Both the position numbers and the translations under genes were made by a program. A stretch of DNA of 64,000 nucleotides from Octopus vulgaris. Taxonomy: Eukaryota. Positions 40,580-55,100 of the stretch are shown here, one piece after another. The notes beneath the pieces are model-generated. The model searched no databases and was not told the DNA's origin. It saw only the letters and a list, made by a program, of their open reading frames with translations. How positions within the stretch are numbered: position 1 is the stretch's first letter; the number at the start of each line of letters is the position of its first letter. The stretch covers positions 13,950,001-14,014,000 of the forward strand of contig OX597815.1 of NCBI GenBank assembly GCA_951406725.2. The letters run 5' to 3'.

Positions 40580-41743
40580 CAGGGTGCGTAAGATATTTCA
40601 GGACAGAATTATGTTTATTAAAGAAAACAGATATATAATAACAAATAATAACTTTATTTATCAAAAATGCTATGAGGATAAAAATAAACCTTTTTTATAA
40701 TGTTATTCAATAAAGCCAACTTCAGCTGCAACAACCGCTTCTATATGAGATCTAAATCATCTAAATGCCCGAATTAAGTGGTCCTGGTTCATTTTGGACA
40801 TTATTCTGACTATGGCAGCATTCAAAGCATCTTTGGTGTTCTGGGCGAGTTCATTGACCACTCTCTCAATAACGCTCCGCATGTAATAATCCAATGGATT
40901 GAGATCTAGGGATTTAGGAGGCAAAATGTTAGGGGTTATGAGATCATGAACATTTTCAACCATCCATTCCTGTGCTACTAGAACCATGTGTGATAGTGCA
41001 GAGTCTTACTGAAACACATAAGACCTTCCTCTGCATACACTGTCTATTCAGGGCTTAATGAATATTTCCAGGACCTCAGTGTAGGCGGCAGAGTGAATTC
41101 TAGGTTTTTGTGGAAAGATGTAAGGAGGTATCACATCCTTCATTGCTGTCATTTCTTCTGTTAGCTTTTTTACATTGGTCGAAGTTTTTCTCGATTGAGA
41201 GAAACCAAATAAAATTTTATTCTGCTGGATTTTTCAGTTTTCTTAAGAGCCTTTTAGATCTGATGTAGAGATATTCTTGGGCCTTTCTGACAAATTGACC
41301 TTTCCGCATCATATAAGATTATATCTGATGTCTTCATGGACAACGTTTCTAACTGATCCTTCTAACAAATGGAGATCTTTTGCAATTGACCTCATGGACG
41401 TTCTGCGATTATAATCAATGGTTTGTTGAACTTGTAGGATAACATCAGGTGTTCTGATGATTTCAGAGCGTATAGAATGCTGTTATTCATAGATACTGGT
41501 GATACTTTTCCATTTTCAGTCTCTAGCTCTTTACAACCTTTGTAGACGAAAGATCTGGAAACTTTTAGAACGCGAGATATTTCTAAATCAGTATACTCAG
41601 CCTTTATAACCACAATAACAGCATGCCTCTTTCTTTCTTGAGTAAGCTGACGTCTGCCATTTAAATATCTGAAACAAAGATTATACAGAGTTAGCAAAAA
41701 AATGCAGCAATGACCCAAAAAAGGTAAGTCCTTTCGCACCCTG
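40580..41743 (-). mobile_element. maT/DD37D-family Tc1-mariner transposon, decayed
   Basis: TIRs CAGGGTGCG...CGCACCCTG|TA; HTH-like QERKRHAVI..LEISRVLKVSRSFVYK; YVFQ*D-37 residues-D in PPKSLDLNPLDY (spacing counted by hand). Confidence 0.88.
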
Positions 41744-44700
41744 TATATAAATTTAAGGGCCTAAATTCGACCGCAACAAACAACTCAACACCTGACAAAT
41801 GTTGCATGGTGCTTACCGTCACAAATCCCTTGTGACAGTAATGATGAGACGGACTCAATCAGCTCATGCATAGCAAATAACAAATGTGCCTAGAAAATCA
41901 ATCAATTCTTGAAACGGACACTGTAAATAACAAGAAACGTCGGATATGGATTTAGGGATTTTTCTATTCCGAACCAACTGTAAAAATCTAAGAAAATGCC
42001 TAAAATCTAAAATAAAAACAATACAACTTGAACACCATTGTGTTTGTAATAAAACCTGCATACATGTTAATATTAGCTGAAACTAGAAAAATCCTCAAAA
42101 TCAAATCACGTGTTAAAATACTAACAAATACTCACTTTCACAACGCATGAAGCGACTTTTGTCGAGAGCCGTCACCTTAAGTCGCGCGATTGCTTCATTG
42201 CTAGATTTCGTTGCTTCCTCTCATAACTATACTCAATTGGTAGGGAATTATGCTATTTATTTTTCAAGGTTTTATCGTAGGGCTGCGGGCAACCTTATGA
42301 TCAATTTCTAAATCTTTGATATTGGTATGAGGGCATAATAATCAGCTCAGAAAACTTTCCAGAATATTTACAAAGATATGTGTACACTAGAAGACCGGGT
42401 GGTGATCTTACACCAGCGACAGACTCAACATACCAACAGAGAAAACTATTGTCCTCCTTTCGGGCTTCCAGTTACTTTCAGTCTATCCCATTTCATTCTC
42501 AAGATTTTGATCGACAAGGGACCATGTTGGGAGCATATCTTGCATTCTGCTGCTTTGTTGGATCGAACCCAATATTTACAAAATATCTTAAGCAGACATA
42601 TATGCGTGAGAGTATTGAGTCGTTTAGTGTTTTTCTCTCATATATGTGTGTGTGTTCGTGTGTGTGTGTGTGTGTGTCTGTGTGTGTGAGTGTCTGTGTG
42701 TCTGTGTGTATACTTGAAACATTATATAAAAACGGTTTTGTTTGATAGTGAGTTGGCAAGACTATCGAAATAAACCATCTTTCGCTTTCATAATATGTCA
42801 TATAATAAATATGATTCAAGTACAACAGTTTACATAAAAAAAAATGTTATAACTTTAAGTAATATGAGAGATAAGTCTTAAATGGCATACTTTTGTAATT
42901 GTGATATTTCAGGAAATGTTTTGCATGCGCAGGTCCAATACTTCATGGCCTTCATAAATTATTCAGAGTTTACCAGATATATAGATAAGTCTATACAATA
43001 AAAACAAAAGTGAAACGTAAATATCATTCGAGACTTAAATTCGATCTTTGACATTATATCTGTCATGTCTGCTTAATGGTATCTGATGGTGAAAGAGATT
43101 GAATGATAAATACTTCTGTTTTTCACCGTTTAAATATATTAACACGTTTAAGGTTATCATTATGCTTGTCGGTCCCCTCAAAATAAAATAAGATGGATAA
43201 TCTAGAACACTCTAGAGGTTTTAATGACCTCGTACCAGGAGAGAATACGATATTTATGTTGGATGAAATATAGAAAGTTCAATAAACATATTATTTCATG
43301 TCTGGTTTTTTTCTTTTGTTTTACTTAACTTTTTTTTCTGTTTCCCACCGTAAAAAGCAAAAGCGGAATTTTGTTTTTGAAAATTGTTATATATATGAAG
43401 TATTTTGTCTTCAGTATTTTATAGCAAAATATTTTGATTTCTTTTTTTATGTTTTAAATGGAAGTATTTATACCAACAATAACTCACACCCTGCATTTCC
43501 GTCGATTAATAGTGAGGATTCGGATGTTCGATCAACTTATAAACTTGCTCCTGTATTAGCATGAAAGTCTTTGAATATCATCTAGATATGTATGTCCTTA
43601 AAGTAACACTCAGTCACCGCAACGTGACAATGAATGGTGAAGCTCTAATCTTTTGACAGACAGGTGCTACTCTGCTCGGCGAGATTTCATAGGAGTTCTA
43701 CCTACCAAATATCACTTTAGAGGTGTGGAGCTGTTTGAGGCTATAGAAAATACCGTTTGGAAATTTGGCACACATTGAGAACGAAACCGAGACCTTCTAG
43801 GTAAGAAGCAAATTTCTTATGTGTTTAGCTTTACTGCACCTACTCTTCTAAGGATATTAATATTATGTATTTGCTGATAATTCATAATATCAATATAACA
43901 GGATTTATACTCAACTCTACTTAATGAATACCACTCGTTTTGAGATCTCCGATTATTCCCGTTCACTTTAATTGCGATATGAAAGTACTTGTGAAACACA
44001 TGAATGTAACACCATCTTACTTCTATTTAATATCCAACAAGAGATCCATTATATAAAGAAAATCAATGTAATATGAAATTATGCCCGTTTACTAGTTAGC
44101 TGTGACGAAAGAAGTAGTGTCCATTGTATTCTCAGACGTTCTAAGATTGAAAACATGAAAATACGTCAATAATATAATGATTCTCTGTGTTTAAGTAACT
44201 TTTGTAATTGGCGTTATTACATCACTTCTCAACAACACTGAGAGTAAGACATGAAACTGAATTCCAAGAAGGCGTGCAACCTTCGCCAGATATATCGTGA
44301 AAATGTTCAGTTCTGTTTTCACAGTGACGTGTTACAAATTCGTGATAGATTTAGTGCCACAGAACGGAAGTAACATGAAAGTGGTGTCGATATATTTGAA
44401 AAGTTATTTTGCAACATTTACTAGAGTATTATTACTGTAAAATATATGGGTATCTTAACAGTCTCGCTAGTGAATCCGTAAAGTGTAAAGATATTGAATG
44501 TATTAGATAGAGAAGTATTAACTACTTAGTTATAATGATTTATTTCTTGCTTTCAACAAATCCATAGTTACAATGGTGTAATTGACTGGAGTGTATAACC
44601 TTGAAATTTTATTAGATTAACTATTTGCTGATGAAAAGTCAGGTGATGGGTAATATATTTTGAGAGACGTCCAATGAACTAAGCTTTGCTTAATAACGCT

Positions 44701-45019
44701 GCTTATTTCTTTTGCAGCATTACAAGAGATATCTATAGCGAAGAAAGATTTTATCCAAGATATCATCCTGACATTTCTCAAAATTAAGCATTGTGCAATG
44801 ATCCATGTCACTCTTTCTTACTGAGATGTGTTTTTGTCGAATTTGCGAGGAAGGGCGATTTGACGTACCTTCCTAAAGGAAAAATGTATAGAAATTAATA
44901 GTACACAATTGCAACATATACACAAATAATAAATGTGAAAACTACAAAAAATTACTCTCTAATGCTAATACACGACCATATAGATTAAAAAAGCATGGAA
45001 GACCCTACATACAAAAATC

Positions 45020-45189
45020 TATGTAGCTTTATGTCCATTTACACGGGACCTACAGGCAAAATGTTATAGTGCATGAGCGTCTTTGGACTTAAATAATGTA
45101 CGTGCAAAGTTTGGTGAAAATCGGTTGTGAAATGTGGAAATGTATGCGTTAGTCATTAAACAGACGCACCGCACACTACGATTCATATA

Positions 45190-45195
<6 letters not shown>
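45020..45195. mobile_element. Helitron-like non-autonomous fragment
   Basis: 'tgcaaagtttggtgaaaatcggttg...aaacagac' resembles 15375-15440. Confidence 0.45.
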
Positions 45196-45234
<39 letters not shown>

Positions 45235-45237
<3 letters not shown>

Positions 45238-45415
45238 AGAGTTTACGAAAAAACAAAAGACCAAGACAGGTGGTCTATAAAACAAACAGATGTGTTAGTA
45301 TAACGCTCAGGAATAGAAAAAGTCTTTTACGTTTCGGGCCTACGCTCTTCTACAGAAAGGGACAAAGAAAAAACAAGAAGAGAAAAAGATGTGTGTAGTG
45401 GCTAACTATCTAACA
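45235..45415 (-). mobile_element. Hammerhead-bearing repeat family H1
   Basis: Copy of 11890-12073; cttt-CTGTAGA-a-gagc[gtag]gccc-GAAAC-GTA-aaag at 45324-45359; (TA)n on both sides. Confidence 0.82.
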
Positions 45416-45439
45416 TGGCGACTGATAGGGGCTAACGAT

Positions 45440-45517
<78 letters not shown>

Positions 45518-45795
45518 GACATATACGTATACGTATACATATACGTATACATTTATACATACGGTGGACTCTTCGTCTTTAGATGACGTATGAAGTTTCG
45601 ACAATTTCGTACCGATCAACCACACGGATGTTCTGTTTATAATAATCAAATATTTGTGGACACATAAGCTTACATCCACCATCAAATCGACATTACCTGT
45701 ACAGGTTCAACGAGTATCACATGTCAGATGATGAGATGATCGCAGAGCAACGTGAAACAAATATACATACACACTCACGCATATGTATATATATG

Positions 45796-45827
<32 letters not shown>

Positions 45828-46680
45828 CAGAGAGAAAGAGAGATATATAGATATAGATATATATATATATATATACATATATGTATATATATACATATAT
45901 ATATGTATATATATGTATATATATATACACACACATCAACACATATATGTATGCATGTGTGTATGTCTGTATACATATACATAAATATATATGACACTCA
46001 AACAGATGATATCCAACTCCTCATCATACTCTTTATCGTCCAATATACACTCTTAACAACCCAATTTTTATATTGCACTGGCATTCAGCTTTCTTAGTTT
46101 CTGACTATTATGGTGTTCTTCAACGTTTTAGAATTCTGGCAAAAGAAAAGTGTCTATAACGCAAATAAGATAAATTAGGTATGTGTATATGGATGCGATC
46201 TGTGAATAAGAGTTTACGTTAAAGAAGAAATTTACAAATATACAAATATTATACTAACACGGCTTAAATAGCTAAAAGTCGCCTTTTTATTTATGTCATC
46301 TGTGTTTAGTGCGGTAACAGATTTATGTATACACACGCACGTGAACATGACAAGAAATATACGAAATAGAAATGTAAATATAGTTATAAAGCAAATCATT
46401 TTTTCACTGGTCTTTCGCCCGGCCACACGCAGAGAAATACACACACACACACTCACATACACACAAATACATATATATATATATATATACAAATTTTACA
46501 TGGACACGAAAATTTTACATGGACAATACACACACACACGAAAGCACTCACTCATGTGTTTGTGTGTGTGTGTGTGTGAACATGTTCCGACATATGTCAG
46601 TATGTAATTACATCTTTATGAATTTATACTTTTATATTAATATAAAGTATAATATGCAGTCACAAACGCATGTGTAAGGG

Positions 46681-46711
<31 letters not shown>

Positions 46712-46714
46712 GCA

Positions 46715-46800
<86 letters not shown>

Positions 46801-46801
46801 T

Positions 46802-46833
<32 letters not shown>

Positions 46834-46853
46834 CATAATATATGTGTGTGTAT

Positions 46854-46901
<48 letters not shown>

Positions 46902-47502
46902 CACTCATGCACAGCTTTTGCAATTTTGTAATCGATATATGCAGGCACATATAAAGTTCAACGTATCACAGCAACCATGTTGTCGAAGTTACGGAGTTTC
47001 ACATTAAACCTTTGGCAGGAGTGATTAATGCGTTCGCATGATTCAATAACCAGAAGAATAAAAATTCATGGAAACCAACTCTTGCAGCGTTTATTAGCCT
47101 GTGTGGGTCATCAACAATCTCAATAGAGGCCAGGATATGGACTCTTGTGTTTCTCCTGCAGTTACTATTGACAAAGATTCAGGAAGGAAACTAACGGCAT
47201 AGCTAAATATGACAAAAAATGATAAATCAATGAAACGTAGAGAATTGAAATAATGATAGCAAACAGGTAAACAAAAATAGGAAATTGCATGTTCGATGTA
47301 TTGATTCTGTAAGTTTGCGTATGATCGGTTGAGTATGGGTGGCTGATAACCAGCCAATGTTTCGATGGGTGGTATCAAATCACCGGCCCTGTGCATTATC
47401 GATTGTGAATATATATATATATATATATAGAGTGAGAGAGAGAGAGAGATTGATATATAGATAGATAGATAGATAGATAGATACACACATATATATATAC
47501 AT

Positions 47503-47565
<63 letters not shown>

Positions 47566-47835
47566 TGTGTGTCAGTGTTTCTGCCCCCAACATCGCTTCA
47601 CAACCGATGTTGGTGTGTGTGTGTGTCCCCGTAGCTTAGCGGTTCGGTAAAAGAGACCGATATATTACGTACTAGGCATACAAAGTACACTTTCTGGTGT
47701 TGATTTGTCCGACTAAAGGCGCTGTTCCAGCATATTCGCAGTCAAATGACTCAAACGAATAAAAGAAAAACCCCAGCATGGCCACAGCTCATGAGCTGAA
47801 ACTAGAATCAATCATATATATACATATATTTATGT

Positions 47836-48087
47836 ATGTGTATATAATTTAGAGAAAAACCTCTATTAAGCAATTCAATAGTGAAAGACATTATTCACCC
47901 ATATAGAAAAAAAATGTATATATTATAAAAACATTATTCTAAAAAATCAATAAAGTTCATATTGCTTAATAGAAGTTTTTCTCTAAATTATATACATATA
48001 TTATATATTGTGAAATTTGATTTAGAATTGCTAAATTGAATTTTTGTCTGTAAGTTTGGAATTATATTTTGCTAATATTTTTATATC

Positions 48088-48090
<3 letters not shown>
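47836..48090. repeat. Inverted-repeat element with PLE pLTR-like architecture, in (TA)n
   Basis: ~38-bp arms 'tatataatttagagaaaaacctctattaagcaat'/'attgcttaatagaagtttttctctaaattatata'; 3' part resembles 28310-28390. Confidence 0.6.
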
Positions 48091-48164
<74 letters not shown>

Positions 48165-48554
48165 CTTAGTAAACGCATTTATACACACGCATGCACACGT
48201 TCACACAATCAAACACAGTATGGTATATGCTTGTAAGGTATCTTACATTTAAAAAAAAATTTTTTTATCGTGTACGGAAGTAGCAGGCTTCTTACACCGA
48301 TACGCAGCTCCATCTTGGAAGTGTAAATAACAACAACAACTTCATTCGCTGAACTTACGGGTTATGTTTCTGCAGTCCATGTTAGGTAGTTGACTCCTTT
48401 TTCCTGAAGCCCCTTGCATTTCCATATTGTCACTTAGGTATTTACTAATTATTGGTATAAGTGTGAAATTATAATCCGTCTAGCGACGCTGACGGTTTAG
48501 TAGCTGTTGTCCATATTTTTCCTCTTTTTCTTTGATTTTCGAAGAGTTCATTAT

Positions 48555-51500
48555 CATTATTATTATTATTGTCATTTACTTTTAATCTGCACGTTTGATG
48601 CAATCACTTGCCGGGGCACACCCAGCGCCCTAGGGCAAGTGAAGGTTAAGAGTTGTTGAAATATATCTGAAAGCTTGGGGAGGGGAAGTAGAGAAATATC
48701 TCCATGTAATACAACACAAACATTTACATTGATAGGGTTTTTCTAAGGATGTGGGCAGTACTTGTTAGCACAATCTTTTGGATTTCCTTGAAACATGGTT
48801 CTCCAGGGATATTGTCTAGGTGTTTCTGACATCCTTTTTTATCATACCCACGGCACCTACAATAACAGGAACAGTTTTTGTTTTAAGATTCCACATCTTT
48901 TGTATTTCGATTTCCAGGTCCTTATATTTACTAAGTTTGTCAAATTCCTTTACAGATATATTTTTATCAGTGGGGACGCTTATCTCTATTAGTCTGCAGG
49001 TATTTTCTTCCCTATCTTTAACAATTATGTCTAGTCGATTAGCCTTGATCGTTCTGTCAGTGTTGACTGGAAAATCCCAGAGGATGGTGACATTTTTACC
49101 ATCAACAACTGGATGAGGATGGTGTTCATACCAGTTAGCAGGAGTGCCGAATTTGTAGTGTTTACATATCTTCCAATGTATATACTGTCCTACCCTATCG
49201 TGGCGATTTTTGTATTCGTTTGGTGTCAGCACAGGACATCTCGAAACGAGATGGTCTATTGTTTCGTCAAATGTGTCGCAGAATCTGCATTTAGTGTCAG
49301 TACCGTTTCGGAGAACGTTAGACTGGTAATTTCTGGTAAACAAGCTTTGATCTTGTGCTGCCAGCATGAAGCCTTCAGTCTCTGCTTTCAATCATGAACT
49401 CTTCAGCCACTGATGGGTTGTTGCTTGGTCTACATCAGCATTTTGGTTTCAGAGAATATATTGTCCATGCAGGGGCTTCTGGCTCCATCGCCTCTCAATT
49501 TGATTCTGCCCGTTCTTTTTTGCAGTCTGCTTGATTCACTTTGCTTGCTTGGTAGCAGTGGTTTCCGGCTCTTCATTTGATTCAGGGTTAATCTCTAGTT
49601 CCCCTTCGAACTTATAAGCTTCCTTGACAATAGAATGCAGCTTTTTGCTGCTTTCGTGTTCGCACACATGTCGCAGCATCCAGTCCTTTATACTAGATAG
49701 GTACCTGTTCATTCCTACAGTGGAGGTCTTATAGTACAGCTCTAATTGCATCATTCCTCTCCCCCCGCTGCTTCTAGGTAGGTACAGGCGGTCTACATCT
49801 GCCTTAGGGTGCATGTTCTTGGATGTCAGTAATTTTGTTGTCTTTCTGTCCAAGCGTTGGAGTTCCGTAAGGTTCCAGTTAATGATGTTAAAACTGTACT
49901 GGACTACTGGAAGTGCCAGGGTGTTAATGGCCTCAATGCAATTTTTTGAGTTGAGTTCAGTCTTCAGTATAAGCTTTATTCTCCTATAGTATTCCTTTCT
50001 TATTTTTTCCTTCATAGTAGCATGATGTATACCATCTCCTTCTAGTGGGTTAAGTTCCTTGATGGTAGTGTCAATATCTAATTTAACAGAAGCTGTTTGC
50101 CTGAGCTTGCCTCTTACAAAAGTTGCTTTAGCACACTTAGCAAGGCCAAAATCCATTCCGATATCATTGCTAAACTCTTTAACAGTTGTTAGCAGCCCTT
50201 CTAGCTCTTGGTCATTCCTGGCAAACAGCTTTAGGTCGTCCATGTAGAAAAGGTGTTTTATTGACTTACTAAAAACTTTGTACCCATATCTGGTACTATC
50301 CAATTCGTTTGAGAGTGGGATCAGTGCCATGCAAAAAAGTAATGGAGAGAGGGAGTCACCTTGAAAGATGTCTCATTTGATGTTGATGCTGTTGGACTGG
50401 CTCATCCCACTACTATGGCTTAGAAAGAGACGTGTGTTCCACGTGGTCATGCTATTCTGTAAGAATTTTGAGACGACAGGAGAGATCTTGTATATCTCAA
50501 GGGCCTTGAGTATCCATTTATGTGGGACACTGTCAAACGCTTTCCTGTAGTCTATCCATGCCATACTCAGGTTTTTGTTTTTGCTCCGGCAATTCTCTAC
50601 AATCATTCTGTTTATGAGCAATTAGTCTTTGCACCCATAGGAGTTTCTTTTACAACCTTTTTGAGCTTGTGGAAGGATAGAGTTTTGTTCAAGGAAAGCG
50701 TACATTCTCTCCGTTATTATGGATGTGAGGATTTTGTAGGTGGTGTTGAGACATGTTATTGGCCGGTAATTCTTTGGGTTATTTGTGTCTTCGGTTTTAG
50801 GTAATAGGTAGGTGGTTCCTTCAGTCAGCCAAGCAGGTATTTGCTCTGGGTTCTGAATGACATCAGACAGAGATGCAGCGAGATTTTCGTGTACCTCTGT
50901 CAAACAATTCAGCCAGAAGTTAGGGATCCGATCCAGTCCTGGTGTTTTCCATTTATGAGCCTTCCTAAGGACACACCTTAGCTCCTCTATTCCTATTGCT
51001 TCCCACTTCTGTTCTTCAAGTTCATCCAGTCTCTCTTTCTCACGTTCTATCCAGTCAGCCTCAGCATTAAACTCTTTTTCGTTGCTCCATACCTTCTTCC
51101 AGAACTCCTCCACTTCCTTAATCTTAGGTGGATCTTCTATGTGTATTTTATTTTTGCCAATTTCCCTATAAAATTTCTTTGCATCTGTCTTAAAAAATTT
51201 ATTTTGTCGATAAGATTTGTTTCTTTTGTCATACCTTCTAAGCCGTTGGGCTTTCAACTGTATCCGTTGTTTCAACAGTTCCTTAGTTGCAGGGAGGTTT
51301 ATGAGAGCTTTGATTTTATATTTTTGCTTGATTTTTCTAGCTTTTCTCGACTTAATATTCACTCCTCTAGCAAGCTCATCGAGAACTGAAACATCCGCCC
51401 GCAGAGATTCAATTTCTTTTTGTATCGCTACTTTCCACTTTGGAGGTTCATTAACATGCCTGGCCTTTTTCTTTGTCATCTTAATACCTAGTTGGGTAGT

Positions 51501-52703
51501 TACTACTGTAGCTGTGGAATAGATGAGATTATTTAAGGTTTTCAGATCATTCCGCTTATTTCTTAAGATCTGTCCTAGGGCAACGTTATATGTCATGATA
51601 GTGTTGTTATTCCTTGTGCCGTTTGAAAACTTTGGTAGCGGTTCTCTATTAACCATGTCAGTGAGCTCAATCTTGCCGAGTTCTCTCATAATGTCCACTT
51701 TTGCTTCCATAATCTTTTCTCTATTATTCACCTCAAATTCTATGCCATATCTATTTTGGTTTTCTTGAGGAAGGTCTACGTTCTCCTCTTTTTTCAAATC
51801 TCTCGTCTTCGCTATTCTTTGTTTAACTTCCCCATTGGGAAGTTGATTTACCGCTTGTACACTGGCTTCTGTGCTACTGTTACCTATTTCGTCTACATTG
51901 TTGCTGTTTTCTTTTGGTCTACCATGAGCTATTAGTGTCCTAATTCGGTCAATTTCAGCGCCAGTTAGTCTTTTATTTTTAATTATATATCTGCGTACAT
52001 TACTTAAATTATTTGCCTCTATATAACAACGTACTTCATTGCCTACTGAATTTCTCCATGAGATGTATGTTTGTACACTGAGGTTATTGTTTGGGTTTAG
52101 TTGGGCTGTATAAAAAGCTTTCAACACACCTCTATAGTCCTCTCTGCTCCATTTTATACGTTTTGCTTTAGGTGGTGTCACTACAAGTCCAGAGTTAGAA
52201 GTATTCTGGTTCTGGTCACCTGGTAGATCGTCTTTTTGAGAGTTTGTTCCAGCAGCAAACTTTTCGACCCCAGTCTGGTTCCCTACTGGGTAACGCGGTC
52301 CTTGTTGTCCCGGGCGATGACCGATCCGGCATGATTTTTGGCTTGTTTTCATTAAATGATTGACAGCGACATCAGAGGGGTCCATTTTTTCAGAGCCAAC
52401 TTTTTGACAGTGACGTTAGAAGGGACTGTTGGTACAGGGTCAACTTTTTGACAAGACACCGCTTCTGAATTCTCCGAATAAATATATTGGTCATATCGAA
52501 CTCGCATGAGACTTACAGATCGAAATTCGCCTCTATTTCTTTTGGTAGGCATGTTTCTGGGCATAACTGTTCAGTGACGTTCTAAATCCAGTGACCAATT
52601 TGCTCTTTTTTTCTGTTTGTTCGTGAAAAATCGCTTTGTTTTTGTTTGGTTTCGTCCGCGAACGTGGTTTTTCTTTCTGTGCGTACGTGTGAGCGCGTGT
52701 AAG
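48555..52703 (-). mobile_element. Near full-length R4/Dong non-LTR retrotransposon
   Basis: 5' UTR, single long RT+REL ORF, 3' UTR hairpin (cacttgcc/ggcaagtg), (TAA)n tail; candidate TSD CATTAT at 48549-48554 and 52704-52709. Confidence 0.9.
48724..52385 (-). pseudogene. R4/Dong polyprotein (RT, CCHC finger, restriction-like endonuclease) with several stops and frameshifts
   Basis: WKTPGLD, NYRPITCL, WIDYRKAFDSVPH, HLFYMDDLKL, RLYLPRSSGGRG, CRFC...ETIDHLVSRC, RHDRV, ILWD, DII...IEISVP...KY. Confidence 0.93.
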
Positions 52704-53076
52704 CATTATTTATGCTTTATAATTAAAATGTGTACGTGTATGCATAACCAGTTGCATGTATACTTATTTAATTAATTAATTAATTAATCAATTTATGTAC
52801 TTACTGTCTTTCAAGAGCTCTGATGTTCGCTTCTATTTCTTATGCATGTCACATGGAAATATTATGCATAAAAGAAAGAAAACCATACTATATATGGCAA
52901 TAATAGTTCGGACATTTTAGTTACTTTGCCTTAAAAGAAAATTTGGAAAAGATATTTTGTGGAACCTTTCTTCCATTGCAACGATGTTGTTGGATTAAAT
53001 TCGTTTTTTTAGAGAGAGGCTCCCAGGGAACATCCATGTTGTTATTCAGCCCGGAGCTCTTCTTGAGCTCTTATTA

Positions 53077-53111
<35 letters not shown>

Positions 53112-53852
53112 TACTACTGACGCATGCCCAGCGGTACGGAATGCATCAAGAAATGACTGATTGACACTGAGAAAAAATTGGACCAACACCACTGAATACA
53201 GGCTACTTACGTTGCCTTTAATCAATGTGTTGTAATTTCCATGGATGAAAGCTGTATCGAATATTCATTGAGAGTAGAACGGAATATTGGAACTACCAGA
53301 GCTAATACAATTACCATTAGATATGCACACCAATACATGAATAAATAGTAAATAGTATTCTGGTCTCTCTATGGAGAGAAATACGGCGTATGAAAACGCA
53401 CAAGACAAACATGACTGCATGAGGACAATAACGCATGAGCAGCAGAGCATTTCGACTTCTTTTAACAAGTTTTTTAGCAAGTATTTTGGAGACTAACTTT
53501 TGTAATTTTATCTGCTTCAACTTCCATCGTTAAAGACGATTTATTTCATATCTTTCGAAGTCTGTAAATTCTTATAACATAATCAACATGTAATACTGAC
53601 TGGTGAGAAAGAAGCTTCGAACATTGCTTGACAAATTGAGCAAATGTTGATATACTGTAATAATAGACGGTCTGTCGTCTTTACAGAAGTTATGGTTCCA
53701 ATTTTCTGGGGCAGCTACAGTTTTTTTTTTCCCATTCCGAGTGTTCTCTTTACTCAATATCTTTCATGCTATTATTTATAGTTTTATCTTGTTCGACTTC
53801 TTCAATAGGAAACGATATATTTCAGACACACACACATACATACTTCGCCCCA

Positions 53853-53897
<45 letters not shown>

Positions 53898-53902
<5 letters not shown>

Positions 53903-54114
53903 TGTGTGTGTGTGTATGTATACATATATATACATAGAGAGAGAGAGAGATGTAGATAGATAGATAGATAGATATATGTATGTATATCTATATATCATAT
54001 GTATATATACATGTATGTATATACGTGTGGAGAATGAATGTGTGTATTGTGTATGTATATATATATATATATGTGCCTGTGTGTGTGTGTATGTATATGT
54101 GTGTGCGTTTGTGT

Positions 54115-54145
<31 letters not shown>

Positions 54146-54354
54146 GTTTGTGTGTGTGTGTATGTATACATATATATACATAGAGAGAGAGAGAGATGTA
54201 GATAGATAGATAGATATATGTATGTATATCTATATATCATATGTATATATACATGTATGTATATACGTGTGGAGAATGAATGTGTGTATTGTGTATGTAT
54301 ATATATATATATATATGTGCCTGTGTGTGTGTATGTATATGTGTGTGCGTTTGT

Positions 54355-54360
<6 letters not shown>
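53898..54360. repeat. Tandem duplication (~245-bp unit) of a compound microsatellite
   Basis: The unique core 'acgtgtggagaatgaatgtgtgtattgtgtatg' and surrounding repeat order occur twice. Confidence 0.85.
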
Positions 54361-54391
<31 letters not shown>

Positions 54392-54479
54392 TCATCCTTG
54401 ATTTATTTCACCAGGTATCATTATGTAGACAGAGCGTATTGGTGTAAATAATTGTTGGCTTGTGGATTGCATCAATTCT

Positions 54480-55100
54480 TTATCGTTCAGTTTGTGTTCA
54501 GCTCTTATGCTAAATATATCGAAGACCTTTTCGAATGTATTGCAAATGTTGCAGCAAATTTATGGAACCTTTCTGCAAAATTATTCTAGCATTTTGTAGA
54601 TAAATCTATAATAGTCTGGCAATAATTACTCCATATATCTTTGAATAAACATGAACTGAACCCCGCTTTCGTCTCATAGTCTATTCACTTGTGTCACGAT
54701 ATCACCACTATCTCTATGGCCATAAACATTTTCATCTATGTCGCTGTACAGTCTGTCATAATTATCAGTCAATTTGTACTACGCTCTCTTAAAATTTTGA
54801 ATATTGTATAATGTGGTCTTATATTGATGGTAAATGAAAACAAAACTTCACGAACACTAATACGAAGCCTTTGATAATAGGTCTAATTAATCGGAGCTGA
54901 TGACTTGTTAAGTGTCGATGACAATAGCAATAGTTGGGTAGTTGATTTAAACCGTTGCCAGGCTTTTACATCACCATCCAGCACCTCAGGTGCCTTTGCA
55001 GATTACACCCTATTGTAGTCATTCGAGCAATCAGTCTTGGAGACCTTGCAATGTGTCTACGGCACTCTCTTCTTTCCTTGCAGTAACGCAGTCAGTATCA
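54480..55100 (-). mobile_element. Highly decayed LINE RT remnant
   Basis: Faint KAP..DG, AGF and K.FD-like motifs in the expected order on the minus strand. Confidence 0.35.

Noticed and set aside
52352-52564. Short ORF overlapping the R4 ORF start (possible ORF1 or programmed frameshift)
   Set aside because: The element has other indels and R4 elements normally have one ORF; a mutation in the A-run is simpler
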